A stretch of DNA of 64,000 bases from Lytechinus pictus (Eukaryota): contig NC_087248.1 of the NCBI RefSeq assembly GCF_037042905.1, positions 16,368,001 through 16,432,000 on the forward strand, in the 5' to 3' direction. Shown in pieces: positions 50,967-64,000 of this stretch. The position numbers were made by a program, and so were the translations under genes. Every line of letters begins with the position of its first letter. Positions within the stretch are counted from its first letter, which is position 1. The notes beneath the pieces are model-generated. The model did not search any database, was not told the origin of the DNA, and saw nothing but the letters and a program-made list of their open reading frames with translations.

Positions 50967-51137
50967 CACTGTAAAATAAATGAAGTGCTAATTTAGCACT
51001 TACAGTGCTTGTATAGTGACTGCACTACGAGTGCTGATTTTTCTAGTTCAAATTTAATTAAGAAAATCAGCACACGTAGCGAAGTCACTGCTATACAAGC
51101 ACTGTAAGTGCTAAATTAGCGCTTCATTTTTACAGTA
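50967..51137. mobile_element. Near-perfect palindromic CACT MITE (~171 bp), CA TSD
   Basis: CA|CACTGTAAAA..ATGAAGTGCTAATTTAGCACTTACAGTGCTTGTATAG.. mirrored by ..CTATACAAGCACTGTAAGTGCTAAATTAGCGCTTCATTTTTACAGTA|CA. Confidence 0.8.
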
Positions 51138-52229
51138 CAAATGCACTGACATAGCAGTCCGCCTCGCTCACTGCATAATACATTGATTGTTTTCCTACTT
51201 CTTTGGGAGCCTTCAAGTTTCGGTATTGGGCCTATTTTCTCCTCAGAAAAATTCTTAAGTGATTGTTTAAAACTTCCAAATTCATTTATAATAATTTCAA
51301 ATCTATAATAGCAGTAATAGTAACGATTACAATGGATTTGGAAATGTATCTTAAATTTCTCTGTGCTTCTATGCAATGGAAAAAAGTCAGGACCAAAACA
51401 ACCCCGCACTATTCCACAGTATTCGGTCAAAAGTGTTACAATGACAGTCTATTGAATCATTCTCATTTATCTTTCTCCTTTAGTGATCATACGTGAAAGG
51501 GGTTGAATTCTAATACTTACATCATTGCAGCTGATTAGTATATGTAAGGATTTTTTAAAATACAAACATAACTAATGACACTAATCATGGAAATCGCGCT
51601 TTTGTTTGAATGACGGTATCACAATCACAACAATATAGCTCATGTTGTAGAACAAGTTTGTTTTGACAAGGAAAGTATAAAGAAGACAAATTGAGTACGT
51701 TGTCTGTTTGGCCAATAAAGCAAATCCACAGAAAGCTTTATCCCATTTCAAGGTATGGTAGAATCACTTCCGTGTTTTCACTGGACTGAAGATTCATTCA
51801 TCAAGGATTCAAAGTGCTCCTCAAAGTAGGACCATTCGATGAATGTTCAGTAAAGACATTTGCACAGGTCAGATCTATTTTTCTTTAAATATGATTTTTT
51901 AATTGAAATGAATTAAATATGAAAGCAAAGGATGATAAGGATGTCATCACTGCATTATGACCACAGTGACATTGATATAGGTCGAAACCAAAATGGGACA
52001 AGTGGGCCTACCTGTCTGTAGAAACAAAACCTTGGAAGTACATGGACACATTTAGGTATTCTTTCATGACTTTTACTTAGAATAAACACTACGTCAGTCA
52101 TTGGCGTACAATGGTGGTGGTGGTGGGGGGGGGGGGGGGGGGGGCTACGACCATGGAAACGAAAGAAAAAGAGGAGAAAGGGAAAGAAAATGAAAGGGGA
52201 TGGGTGTCATATGATATCACTTAACATGC

Positions 52230-52707
52230 TTAAAGTGATGGTCCAGGCTGGAGATATTTATATCTCAATAATTTTTTTCCACAAAGCAAAATGCAGAAAA
52301 TTTTATAAAAATCGGATAACAAATAACGAAGTTATTGAATTTTAAAGATTTGCATTATTCCGGTGAAACAGTTCTAGGCATGCCTTTATGAATATTCATT
52401 AGGTGGGCTAATGATGTCTTATCCCCACTTGTTCTTTTGTATTTTATTATATGAAGTTAGGTTTGTTCAAAAATTTTCTACCAAGAACTAAATCAATTGG
52501 ATTGACAACTGATTAAGTGCATTTGTTGTTTATTGCCGCAACTTATTTCATCATAATGGAGACACATCATTTACACATGTATGAAATAATGAAACATTTA
52601 TGATTTCATGTAAAAGCATAAGAAAAAGGAAAGTGGTGATGTGACATCATCAGCCCACCTAATGAATATTCATGACGACGTGCATGTAACTGTTTTCATA
52701 AAATATT
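52230..52707. mobile_element. Partial Kolobok-like element, family C, ending at a (TAG)n tract
   Basis: TTAA|AGTGATGGTCCAGGCTG start and AAAATCGGATAACAAATAACGAAGTTAT subterminal motif. Internal inverted pair ATGAATATTCATTAGGTGGGCT / AGCCCACCTAATGAATATTCAT. Right TIR not found. Confidence 0.55.
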
Positions 52708-52709
52708 AT

Positions 52710-52776
<67 letters not shown>

Positions 52777-52810
52777 TAGTAGTATAGTAGTAGGAGTAGT
52801 AGTAGTAGTA

Positions 52811-52845
<35 letters not shown>

Positions 52846-52898
52846 TAGTAGTAGTGGTAGTAGGAGTAGTATGAATAGTAGGAGTAGTAGTAGTAGTG
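52708..52898. repeat. (TAG)n microsatellite
   Basis: Long imperfect GTA/TAG run. Confidence 0.95.
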
Positions 52899-53823
52899 TT
52901 ATAATTTTGATCGGTCTGCAGTCGGTCTTGTATGGTGTAGGCTAAATAACCATCCTTGAATATCTTTTTATGAAGTGTACAAGAAGAGAAGTAAAATACA
53001 TTACTACTTGTCACGCTTACGTGACAAACGGATAAATTCTATAATTCTGAGTAACCTCATTTTGATCTGATTATCTTCGATGTTTTGTTGCGTTTATATG
53101 ATAATGGTATGTCGGTATTATGTTTCTAGGTTTTCTATGTATCTTCTTTTTGAAGTGGGTAGTTTGGGGGTTTAACCTTGATCCCTAACACCACCCACAA
53201 TGCATGTTTCACTCATATAATGTCGGTCCCTGTTTTGTAACATTACTGGATGAAACCTTAACAGACTTTTACTTTACTCTGCAATACACTAGCGCCAATG
53301 CAATCTCAATTCATTCTGCGGAAAGCTAAATAATGCCCTATTGGGACAGGAGGTTTTATGCCAAAGTAATTCAGTTAACTTTTTTCTGTCCCTGGCGTTT
53401 CAATGGTTGATGTTTCTTATCTTATATTCTCAATACTGAAATGCATTGTTTTTTGTGATTTTCTTTGCCGAATAAATAATAATAAAAGTAATATCAATTG
53501 AGAAAATTAACAGGTTAATCACGATTCTTCTTTTAATGAAATAGCATTCAAGGTGATAAGATCGTTCCGTATTGGATGCACGTTGAAGACAGTGTTTAAT
53601 GACGTGTGTTCATTTGATATGTTTACAACCTAAATTATGAATGGTCATTTTAGCTCAATTTGGAGAATCTTTGGTGACTGACCATAGTGGTGACGTATGG
53701 CGGATCAAACGTTACGGTTGGGTTCTTTTGGCTTTGTAATCACCGAGTTGCCTGTCCTTCTATCCGAGGTTATCAGGGTGATCAGAATGCAATGAAGAAT
53801 AGATTCAGTCTTCAGAAGTTGAA

Positions 53824-56800
53824 ATGGCGTCGAAGGGGATGAACGGCTCTCTGCCGAACTTCGTCGGCGACAACAAGAGACGAGACACCGCGGATAGCAA
53901 GCGTCTGATTGAGCTGAAGACGTTGTCGGCGAAGTCGAGTGGGTGTTTGGTCACGAATGGTGAGCACGGTAGACGCGATGATGACGATTCGTCAACGATT
54001 ACCAAGGCTTCTTCCCTTTCTCGAGAGAGAAGTACATCGGTGAGTGTTTGATTACTGCCTTGCTTTTTTGAGGAAGTAAAAATAGCAATTAACAAACAAA
54101 TATATGGAGATTTTCTATCTTCTTCCACGTTTGTCCTATTTTTCAAAAGGATAACTGTGCATCTATTTCAAGGCATTTTCGCTCCACAAGAGGCCAACGC
54201 CAGCACTCTAAAAATGCAAATCTTGCTCCAAAAGGAGTCGGAACGTTCTAACTCGAGAGGGGTGTGATTAGGAACCAGTTTGGATCTTTTTCATGTACAC
54301 ACACCAACACTTTTTTTGCACCCCAAATGAAAAATTTGTACCAATCTTATGGGGTGTAATCCTGCACCATATATTGAAAAATATGCAAAAAAAAAATCCT
54401 TTTTATTATTTGCGCCATTAAATACTCGTTTGTTGAAGGTGCAACTTTTCACATTAGAAGTGTATAATGCTTGACGTTTAAAAAGGTGCAAATTTGAACC
54501 TTTGATAATTTCTGCACCCTATAGGGTGCTAAATATATACCAAACTAAACACCTGAATATGCACAAATTGGCATAATTACACTCATTAGCACCCTTTGGG
54601 TGCTGCTATTGTAACAACACTATGGTTCAAATATTAACAACTATTTCAAATTGTGCACAGTAAAAAAAAATAGCACTTTGTTTAAGCTTGTCACTCTAAC
54701 AACAAGTTGTTTAAAGTTTTTTGTAATTGTTTTAAACTTTTAAACAACTTGTTTAAAAACTTAAAACAGTTGATGACAAACTAGGATTAGATCACGTAGG
54801 ATGAGACCAAACGGAATGCAGATGATCAGTCGATCCATTTCTCAGTTCAAAATGGTAGCAGAGCATTCACACGTGTGTGTGATATTATTGAGACGAGATT
54901 TTTAGTATGCTTGGCGCAATCAAACAAACAACCCACCCCCAAAATACAAATAAATAAAAAAATTAAAAAGGGAGAGAAAAGTGAAAGCTGAAAAGATCTT
55001 CTTAGAAATGAACGCAAGAAGTCATTTCAAATTACGTAACTTTCAACAATAATAGGTTTTTTTTAATCTTCAAATCCCTGTTGTCACAAGAATACTCAAG
55101 ACTTGTTAAAATATTTGCCCAAATGCTAAACATACTGATTTGAAATGTGTGACATTATAAATAAATATATTTATGCGATATGTGTCAGGCATGCTCTCGA
55201 TAGAATAGAGAATTACTTTCACTCGGAATGTAATCTTCCCAAAAGGTCAGTTCGTCTATGCGATATAATGGCTACAGTTCAGTTGGTAGAATAAACTACC
55301 ATTAAATCGTAAACATTTTATTTACTTTGAACACTATTGTTACGTTACAATATTTTGTTCTGTGGCAGATATTATGATTATAAAGGTTAATACTGATATT
55401 TGTAAATATTATAAATTGAAAAGAATAAGCAGATAAACGTCTTCCGTTTTCCTTGTATATTTCATTATATCTACTTAAAATAAAAAATACATATTATTTG
55501 TATATGATCTCTTTTGGTGATTTTGTCTTCACAGTAATGTGTGAGGTTAAAGTGGCAGCTTTTTGTAATGCAAGGGGAAAAAATGTTGTTGAAAATGTGC
55601 ATGTGGTAAATTTTATTTTTCCTTGATGTGAAGTACAGATCCTTTTGAGATCGATACAGCCATACTTTTGTGATACAGTTTAACATAGCTTTCAAACTTA
55701 GTTTTATGAAACCGCTCCTATAACAACTAAGACCCCACCCACACTAATAAGACAAATCCATCACCAATCCCATCGTTCTAAGGATTAAAGTTTAATCTAA
55801 GTTATGTCTGAAGAAACCGATGAAAGCTTCCTTTGCCAGCCATGATATTACGACCTTAATCATATTAACATAGATTTGAGGGAAAATGTAATCGATGTTG
55901 GAATTTGAACAAGTCTTTTATCTGTAAGACGTGGGGTATGATTTCAAAATAAATGTCCCTTATGCAATTCATTGGAGTTGCATTAACATTAATATTCATG
56001 AATTAATTAAGTGGTGCTTTTCTGTTTTACCCTAATTTCATGAATTGTAATGAATGTCTCAGTCGATTGGACAACTCTTCCAGGATGTATTCCTTAATTA
56101 CAAAGAACAGCCTTGACACTCTTGCCTCGTGCACTAAACTATAGGCTACTGTTAATGTCGCTATGATTGCTATAAACACGTGCTGCAAATGATAACAAAA
56201 TAACAACGATGACAAAGCAAACGAATTCCTCCAAATTGATTGTTTTAACAATTCTTTTTCTGTATTTTGTATTTGTATTTATTTAGACAAGTAAAACATA
56301 CAAAGTAAAACATGTCAAGGGATACAAAAAAAGGTTTGAAAACCCGTACAAGTTTGAATCCCAAATACAAACCAAATTACACCTCATAACTTGTGAAAAT
56401 TAAAAGGGTGCGTACCTGGACGCCAAACAGGTCTATTCGGATAAATCAGACTGAGAACTGATGGTATAAGACATATAAAAGGTAAATGTGACGTGAAATA
56501 AAGACGTTTTACGACATATGTCTAACCACTTCTCAACTCCAAAATCAAGAACCTTTAATCTCTTGGATTGTGTAAGTTAATTATGATTTTCGACGTTGAG
56601 GTAAAACCCATTCCCCTCTTCCCCTCTTGAATGGGTAAAATCAATGCCCTTTCCCCACCATTTACAATCTCCCTGTTCTGAATGGGCAATCTCGTGGCAA
56701 ACATGATGGTTAACAACAAAGATTCGGTCTGGAACTTTTTTGGTTTAACAAAAGCGACGCATTGGCTTAAAACATCTTTATATTTGAAGTCTCAGAATTT

Positions 56801-59800
56801 AATTCTTGTTTTCATTCAGTCGAAGAATGCACTGAAAGCTTTGGTGACCGATTTGATACGGTCGAAAGCTTATAGAGTGCACCTATTCCTCCGAGTGGGC
56901 ACAACAAACAATTACACACAAATGGGGTTGCTTGCTCTTGATGAGGAGCGTTATGCATCTATCATTGATCGAGGCAAGTTTTAACTTTCCTCTACCGTGC
57001 TGGATTAACTGGGTATTAAACTGAGGGGATAATCCCTACACAAATCTGGATGTTTCACTCTTGCTAATGCTGCAGACACAGTTCCCCAAGGGCGCTCGCG
57101 TAGCTTGTCGAAAACGGCCATATTTATTTATTTATTTATCTATTTGTTTTTTCGAACGGTACCGTACGTTTTGAAAGGTATAAAAGATTGTGTTCGACAA
57201 CGCTGTACGAACGCTGTACGGTCACCGTAGTGGATACATCATGCAAATGACTGCAGCATATTAACGAGGTGACGAAGATGGGCAAATTTTGCTCACCACT
57301 GCCGCATTTTCAGATCGTTTATTTCAGAGTCATTTCTGCTTTTTAAATGTTGGTTTTAAAGTTTATACAAATTTTCAGGTCACTCACTTCAGACCACATC
57401 CATCATTCATGTCCATGATTACAGCAATTAAGGAGCTGGTAACTCGATCCTTGATTACAGACAAGGACTAGATATAACTCGACCCGAAAAATATTGAAAT
57501 GAAAAAAGCTAGGGGTAGTGGGAAAAGGAGAAGAGTTAAAGAGATGCGGGAATAGTGACAGTACGGAAATATGGTGTCGTATATCTGTCTGCTGGCCCCC
57601 GTTGTCGGTAGAATCAGGATCAGGGGTCCGTTTCATAAAGAGTTACAAATAATATAAGTTTGCCAATTCGCTAGCTATCTTGAAAAACAGCGCTCAGCAG
57701 CCAATCACGATCAAGTTTCCCATGCTAGTTACAATAATTGCACAGTTACATTAGTTGTAAGTCTAAATGAAACAGGTCCATGGATGGATGTGCTTAAATG
57801 CTCATAAGGATTAAGAAGATTTACGTTAAAAGGTAACTCTATAAAGTAAAATGCATGTTCAATTGCTTTGTGTTTAAACGCATCATCGACAAGAGGTCCA
57901 AGTTCATCAGCGGAATGAGTCCAAATATATAGATCAGCATGCCCCAAAACAAACTAGCACGGTAGTTGAATCGTACATTGATGCAACGCTACCCCCTCAT
58001 CCATCCCAACATGTATCCGCTATGCAGTCCGTAGGAAGCCATTCAAGTTTTGTTTAATAAAGTAATATATAAACGAATCCTGAATGCTTGAGTGCTCAGG
58101 TATCTATCGTTTATACCTTGGTCACATTTGCTACGGCCGCCGTAGATTTTAAAATTTCTACGGCGAGTAGCAATTCTACGGTCGCCTCAGAATTTCCACG
58201 GCCACTTACTCTAGCGGTCACATATGTTACGGTCGCCGCACGGCGTATTTTTTAATTTATGGAGAAAAAAATCTGCGACTGACGTATGTCCTTGAAATCA
58301 TGACGTACGGTCGCCCTAGGGCGACCCTGCGCTGGCCGTAGGTTTTTGACAAATACTACGGAAGACGTGAGGTGTCCGCAAGGCGCCCTCACGGCGGCCG
58401 CAGGGGGACTATACAGTGAGTATACCATGAATTGCTTGTCACACTCATCATGATATTTTACATTAGACATTTCATTTCAGAAAGTTTTCAAAGTGTCGCA
58501 CCATGCCCATGCGCGTATTCTGGGTGGGAGGGAGGGGGGGGGGGTTCAGGGCCCGGGCCCCCGGGTAGGCGAAAAGGGGGCACCGAAAAGAGGGAGGAAA
58601 GAAAGGGAAAGAAAAGGAAGATAAAAAAGAAGGGGGAAAGAAGAGAAAGAGAAAAGGGAGAAAAGAAAGAGAGAAGGAAACAAGAAGAATTGAAAAGGAG
58701 AGAAGAGAAAAGGGGAAAGGGGGAGTTATAAAAGTGGGGGGGGGGGCAAATTGATGTTCGACCTAGGAAGGGGGGGGGGTCGCCAAATTAATGTTTGACA
58801 CTGATCTGAATATTATACGATCAGTAATGTTCGACCTAGGAAGGGGGGGGGGGCAAATCGACCTTTGGGGTGATTCGCGCTTCGCGCTCTCATCGAATGA
58901 TTAATTAGATGGACACCCTGTTAATGATTACCTAATGATTACCTAAATTGTGTAGAATGTCTAGTTTTGGAACGGAATATAAAAAAGGTTCAGCTCGCGC
59001 TTCGCGCTCGGATCGAATAATTTTTAAGTGCCCATCCTGTTCATGATTACCAATAATGCTTAGAATTTCCAAACTTTGGGTCATTTTGGTATATAGACAA
59101 TTTTCAGCTCGCCCTGACAGATAGAGAGATGCCCATCCTGCTCATGCTTACAAAACTTCTCAGAATATTCTATTTCCAGGTCTATACACAAGCTATCAAA
59201 AATCGCGTTCGCATTATTTTTTTGGACTTATGAAATAAATCTCCCTTAACCATGTTAACTTGTTTGTATGAATAAAGTTAAGATGTTAATAAACGCGTTA
59301 GTCTTAAGTAAGAACTACACCCTAGGAAACAACAAAAATCAGCATTTAACTCCCCATGATAATACTGATAATAATGATAATAATAATAATTTTACCCAAG
59401 TTAGCCGCTGGTAAAAGGGCTATGTCTGTGCTTCCTGGTCACATTTGTTCTTGTGGTATCACATCATATTCATGGATAGAAATTACTTTTTATCAAGTCA
59501 TCATTAAAAAGTGGTCTGCAGTTGCCCTTTTTCATGTGATTATGATAATTCAACATGCATTTAAGGCACCTGTTTGCCTGACGAGGAGGGGTCGCCATTT
59601 TTTTTCTGAAAAGTACACATGCATACGGGCCAAAATTATAGGTCGGGCCCCCGAGGTGCAAAATTATAAATACGCGCCTGGTGGCTCCCGAGCAGATAAC
59701 ACAAAAGGAGAAGGGGAAAGGAGGGAAGAAAAACACGAGGGCAGCCGCACGGCCACCGTACGCTCGACGTACGGCCGCCGTAGACCGTTCTACGCCATGC

Positions 59801-62800
59801 CTACGGCTAGTCTAATTTCTACGGCGAGCGTAGAAAAGAAAAAATGTTATAACTCCGAATTAAAATTCTACGGCCACACCTACGGCCTGTAAAAAGTAGG
59901 AATCCGCCGTACGTCGACCCTGCGGCCACCGCAGATTTTCTGCGGCCGCCGCAGAAATCTCTCGAATTCAGGTATCTACGGCCACCGTACGGCCGCCGTA
60001 GAGCAAATGTGACCAAGGTATTACCAATACATGCAATTGATGAAAAGCTCAATAGAGTTCTCGTTATTAAGTTTGGTGGGGGCCTATTCTTCTTTTCCTT
60101 CGAAAGGGAGAATTAAGAAACCTTAATCTGATCAGGGAAGTGTTATATCAGTGTTAAACTCTTCGTTGCCAGTCATGCCAGATTGGTGTAAGGATGGGGT
60201 ATTATCTTTAGAGGGATTTCTGCCTGATTTATTCCAACCCTTGATCGACTTTCACATTTAAACATAAAACAACGGGACGAAAATGAGAGAAAGGGATATG
60301 TTATCGAAATTCAACAACTGTCCCTATTCTTTCACCGGGGAGGGGGGGGGGGTGATATTATATGCAGTCGTGCCCGCCCCGCCTAACAAAAGTCTCAGAC
60401 GATCTCGACCCAGCTCCGTTGTATCAAAGTTACCATTATGATAACTTCCCTCTTCAGTTGGATCTACCATATAATCCTTGTTGGGATTAGCCGCTCAGCA
60501 TCGTTTGTTAGTTACCATTCGATATGGAAAAGAAATTATGCAAAGGAGATCACGTCGATAGATTAGTGAACTCTTCATTGGTCTTTGCTCTCCACCCATT
60601 CTCCCCATTCTTCAACGGTGGAAATACGGAGCTATAACATGTATAACAAACATGGTTTACAATAATGCAGCTTTCAAAAACCGTTGCTAATGACGACACA
60701 TGTGAAGGATTATTGACAAACACTGACAAAGGTAAAGAATGTACTAAAGTAAAGAATGTACTGGTGAAACTGAAATAAAAATGCAAACAAACACTCACCC
60801 TCACACACAACATGGAGGTTTCTTTCTACCTCCATGCATACAACAAAATCTAGTGAGCTAGATTGCGTAATTGGTGAGGCATTGACATACATGTATATGC
60901 ATTTCTCGTCTCTTTATTATTTTCTTGTAATGTTATCAGGCTGTATACAAGGTCTTTTTTTCTGTTTATCCTTTCATTTGCAATTCTGAATTATGTACCG
61001 TACATGCATGATTTTTATTTTACAATCCTTCAGTATCATCCACTTTATGAGAGGGGGTACGTTTAGCAAAGTCGGATGTAAGATAAAAAAGTTATGACGT
61101 TTTAAAGTTTTGCTTGTTTTTCTTAAAACACTTATATGCACACACAACTCAGTGATGACAGAGTCGATGATGTCCCTCACTCACTCACTATTTTTGTTTG
61201 TTATTGTTTGAATTATTCGATATTTTAATTTCCACAGATTTTAGAATAATGACCGACGTAACTCTGTCATTAAATGTTAAAACAATGGTAATTCAACATG
61301 TTTCAGGGAGAAATAAGACTTAGTTTCGTAGGACAATGGGGAGAAAACATATATATATATATATTTCATATAATCAAATAGGCCTAAAAATAAAGAGAGT
61401 GGGTGATGATCATCAGTACCCTCATTTGCATACCTACCAGGATGTGCACATAACTTTACTGTTTTGTGAAATTGAGCGAAACTTTTAAAATGCCTTAACT
61501 TCTTATTTTACATCTCATTTTGATGAAATTTGCAGTGTTTTGCGTGTGAGATTTTTCTCTTTTTATTCATATCGACTTTGTTGTTGGAGTGGAATTGTCC
61601 TTGAAAACGATATGTATAGCCTTGGAAGTATTTACGAAATTATATACGAAAATACACCACAATTCCAACAACTTCAACAATTTTGAATAATTTCGTAAGT
61701 TTTTCACTTTTACGACTTATAAATGGATTTCCAGGATAAAAATTAGACACATGACAGGATCATATACATCATGTACAAGCAACAAATATTCCATATCTAA
61801 CTCAATTTGGCCAAGTGGGCTTTGGTAGTTTTTCATATTTATATATACACTCAATTGTAGTATATATGATTTTCGTTTATCTTGTTTAGCAATGACCCAC
61901 TTAATAATGCTTATATCCTGTTTGAATTCGTCACAAATAATTGTGCAATAACCACTGCACCCTTCACCTTCTTTTAAAGCCAGGATCTAAAGTCTGTAAA
62001 CTTCTGTCGTTCTATGGTATCGGTAATCAGTCATATTTGACTATTTTTAATTGTTGCCGTGTATGACTATTGTCGTCGTTAACTTCCTGAACGGTGTTAT
62101 TGAAAACTGGAAATATTTTCATTCGAGCCTCACCGGGGTCAGTGTGCACAGTGTGCACAGTGTAAAGGCCTTTTAAAATGATCAATTGTCAATTTTGGTC
62201 CAAATTCAATTGTAAAGCTCCCTTGACCATGATAGTTATGATTTATTTGTTTTTGAGTAACCAGCAGTCTTCATAAGCTTAAGTTCCCATGCAAATCTAT
62301 TTATGGTTTAGCCTTGTCATTTTTTAACAAGCGCACAACTATTGCTTACAAGCGTTTTCATTTATTTCATGTATGATAAAAGAGCAGCGCATTGTATACC
62401 TTTCCCAAGATGTCGCGGTCGGGAATCGAACCCTGGACTTCCATGTGTTTACCAGGTTCCTTAGACCAGACCTCTCGACTACTTTATGGAAGCTCTGTTA
62501 TCATGGCAATGACCATAGTAACATGGCTTACCATTCAATCATATTCAAGTTTACCATATGATTGTAGTTGTAATGATGACAAAATTGTGACTCTTCAAAT
62601 AAAATGGTCCCCTGCAATGTCCCCCTGGTTCTTCAAGCCTTGGAAATAAATCCATGCTTGAAAATCAGATGGCAAAATTTTACTTCATCGAAATCAAATG
62701 AAAAGTTTTAATCTTCTTCTCTTTTTTTCTTCTTCTTCCCCTTCTTCTTGTTCTCCTCCCCCTTCTCCTCCTCCTGCTTCTTCTTCTTCTGCATGATATA

Positions 62801-63843
62801 GTTATGGTATGGCACTGGTAATCAAATGCAGTATATCGAACGCGTGGTGGCAGGTGTGAAGATGGGGGACCATGTTAAGATGACAGAGTTGGTTAGTAAA
62901 CTCGGTACGGAAGGGTTTGCAGCAGTCATCAGAGAACATGATGTCAGGAATAATACTCCACTTCACTATGCCGCCCTCAACGATGACATCCTGATGACGA
63001 AACTTCTGCTGCAGTATGGGGCAGGTATGTATGATGATAGCATAATTATTTTCTTGCGACCATTTCTTCAATTGATATATTGTTAAAATATGAACGAAGT
63101 GCATGGTTGGACGTACTCCTAATGTCCAAAAACTCATGACATGTTCAGAGAAATAATAATTCCCTTTTTTTTATATACATATACCATCGTCACTTTAAAA
63201 AAATCCATAAATTTGGTTTGTAACATTAGCATAATTTGTCAATTTACATAAAGCGCACACTATATGATGAGTTGCGATCCGAACTTCATAGAAATTGTAA
63301 TATGAGCATTCCGACCAATAAAATTTTGTTTGACGATCAGAGTTCAGAATAGTGGTAGGAATAACGGAAATCAAAATTCAGACATGTTCGAGCTTCCTTG
63401 TGGGAATAAACGCAAATTCCATTCCAAATCATAATGACCTTATAATCGGCTGCGACTTAAAGCCGATTTGGACATTACTCCGACCTTATGGCTAGCCGCA
63501 AAGTAAAATTATGAGATTATTATTCCTAACATTAGGCTGAACTTCACATAAAAAATAATTTGTACCTTGGAACTGTCTCATTAATGCAAAATGCGATTTA
63601 ATAAAAAAAAAAATCGCGTCTTAACGGGTCGCATAGTGTGTGCTGGGTTTTCAGGGAACTGAATTCTCGGTATTGGCATATGGTTGCTATTCATGTTTGT
63701 CCATCCTGCATGTGTTACTTCGGTACTAATATACAAATATTGTTGCATTCTTCACAGATGTTAACGCCGTTGGAGAAGGTGGAAAGCACCCTCTTCACTT
63801 TGCAGCAATACGAAGGTTTATCGACAGAGGAAGCCCGAGTCGG
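53824..63843 (+). CDS. 5' part of an ankyrin-repeat gene, probably a second TRPA-family channel (continues past window end)
   Basis: Exons 53824-54039 (phase 0, gtgagt donor), 62802-63024 (NTPLHYAALNDDILMTKLLLQYGA) and 63758-63843 (DVNAVGEGGKHPLHFAA) have compatible phases. The ankyrin repeats are clear. TRPA identity is inferred from the neighbouring gene and the N-terminal layout; no transmembrane region is visible. Confidence 0.7.
54656..54772. mobile_element. Partial copy of the 18956-19133 MITE family
   Basis: CACAGTAAAAAAAAATAGCACTTTGTTTAAGCTTGTCACTCTAACAACAAGTTGTTTAAA is the reverse complement of 19075-19133. Confidence 0.65.
57621..57782. mobile_element. Small MITE of the C(A/T)GGGG.CCGTTTCATAAA family
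   Basis: CAGGGGTCCGTTTCATAAAGAGTTACAA ... TTGTAAGTCTAAATGAAACAGGTCCATG. Related termini at 21056-21199 and 45683-45699. Confidence 0.55.
58114..60020. mobile_element. PIF/Harbinger-like non-autonomous element (TTA TSD) with a nested insertion
   Basis: TTA|TACCTTGGTCACATTTGCT..ACGGC ... GCCGTAGAGCAAATGTGACCAAGGTA|TTA. Both arms are rich in TACGGCCG/CCGTA motifs. Confidence 0.78.
58508..59680. mobile_element. Nested TIR element inside the Harbinger-like element
   Basis: CATGCGCGTATT..GGGCCCGGGCCCCCGG ... GGTCGGGCCCCCG..AATACGCGCCTG, with an internal purine tract and CGCGCTTCGCGCTC repeats. TSD not evident. Confidence 0.55.
61063..61605. mobile_element. Degraded, left-truncated Kolobok-like family A copy
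   Basis: Shares GTCGGATGTAA.ATAA.AAAGTTATGAC, CTCATTTGCATACC.ACCAGGATGT and a right end TTGGAGTGGAATTGTCCTTGAA with 3630-4242. Confidence 0.65.
62360..62470 (-). mobile_element. Degraded tRNA-derived SINE, same family as 37657-37835
   Basis: Minus strand reads TGGTCTAAGGAACCTGG...GAAGTCCAGGGTTCGATTCCCGACCGCGACA. Confidence 0.6.
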
Positions 63844-64000
63844 GTAAGAATGACATTATCAGTCATTTTCGTATTTTATTATTATTATTTGTTTGGCGTC
63901 ACCTGTGCCTAGCTGACCCGCAGGTCTCTCCTTCCAATATAGCTGATTTAGGTTGACCACTACACCGGGGTTTCTCCTACTCTTATACGAATAATGCAAA

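Noticed and set aside
59356-59892. 178-aa ORF
   Set aside because: It spans the junction of two nested non-autonomous transposons and has no recognisable domain.

Overview
AT-rich, intron-rich animal genomic DNA. The repeat landscape and gene set suggest an invertebrate deuterostome such as a sea urchin (inference). There are three N gaps: 17114-17293, 34037-34211 and 40543-40743. I could splice four genes by hand with consistent exon phases. (1) A 6-exon secreted astacin (M12A) metalloprotease with a single C-terminal kringle domain (+, 2658-9647). (2) LYRM2 (-, 14065-16847). (3) A 21-exon, ~1394-aa divergent TRPA-family channel (-, 20463-43521). It has two long acidic inserts, a degenerate S2-S3 Ca2+ site and no equivalent of electrophile-sensor Cys621. 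(4) The 5' end of a divergently oriented ankyrin-repeat gene, probably a second TRPA paralog (+, from 53824, running off the window). Non-coding DNA holds many non-autonomous DNA transposons (Kolobok/TTAA, CACT/2-bp TSD, hAT, PIF/Harbinger, Tc1-like, Helentron-like), tRNA-derived SINEs, a decayed CR1/L2-type LINE and a ~2.9-kb G-rich minisatellite with higher-order structure. A 4 x 423-bp tandem array puts three stop-terminated decoy copies of TRPA exon 2 upstream of the real exon. No prokaryotic-type system (CRISPR etc.) is present.
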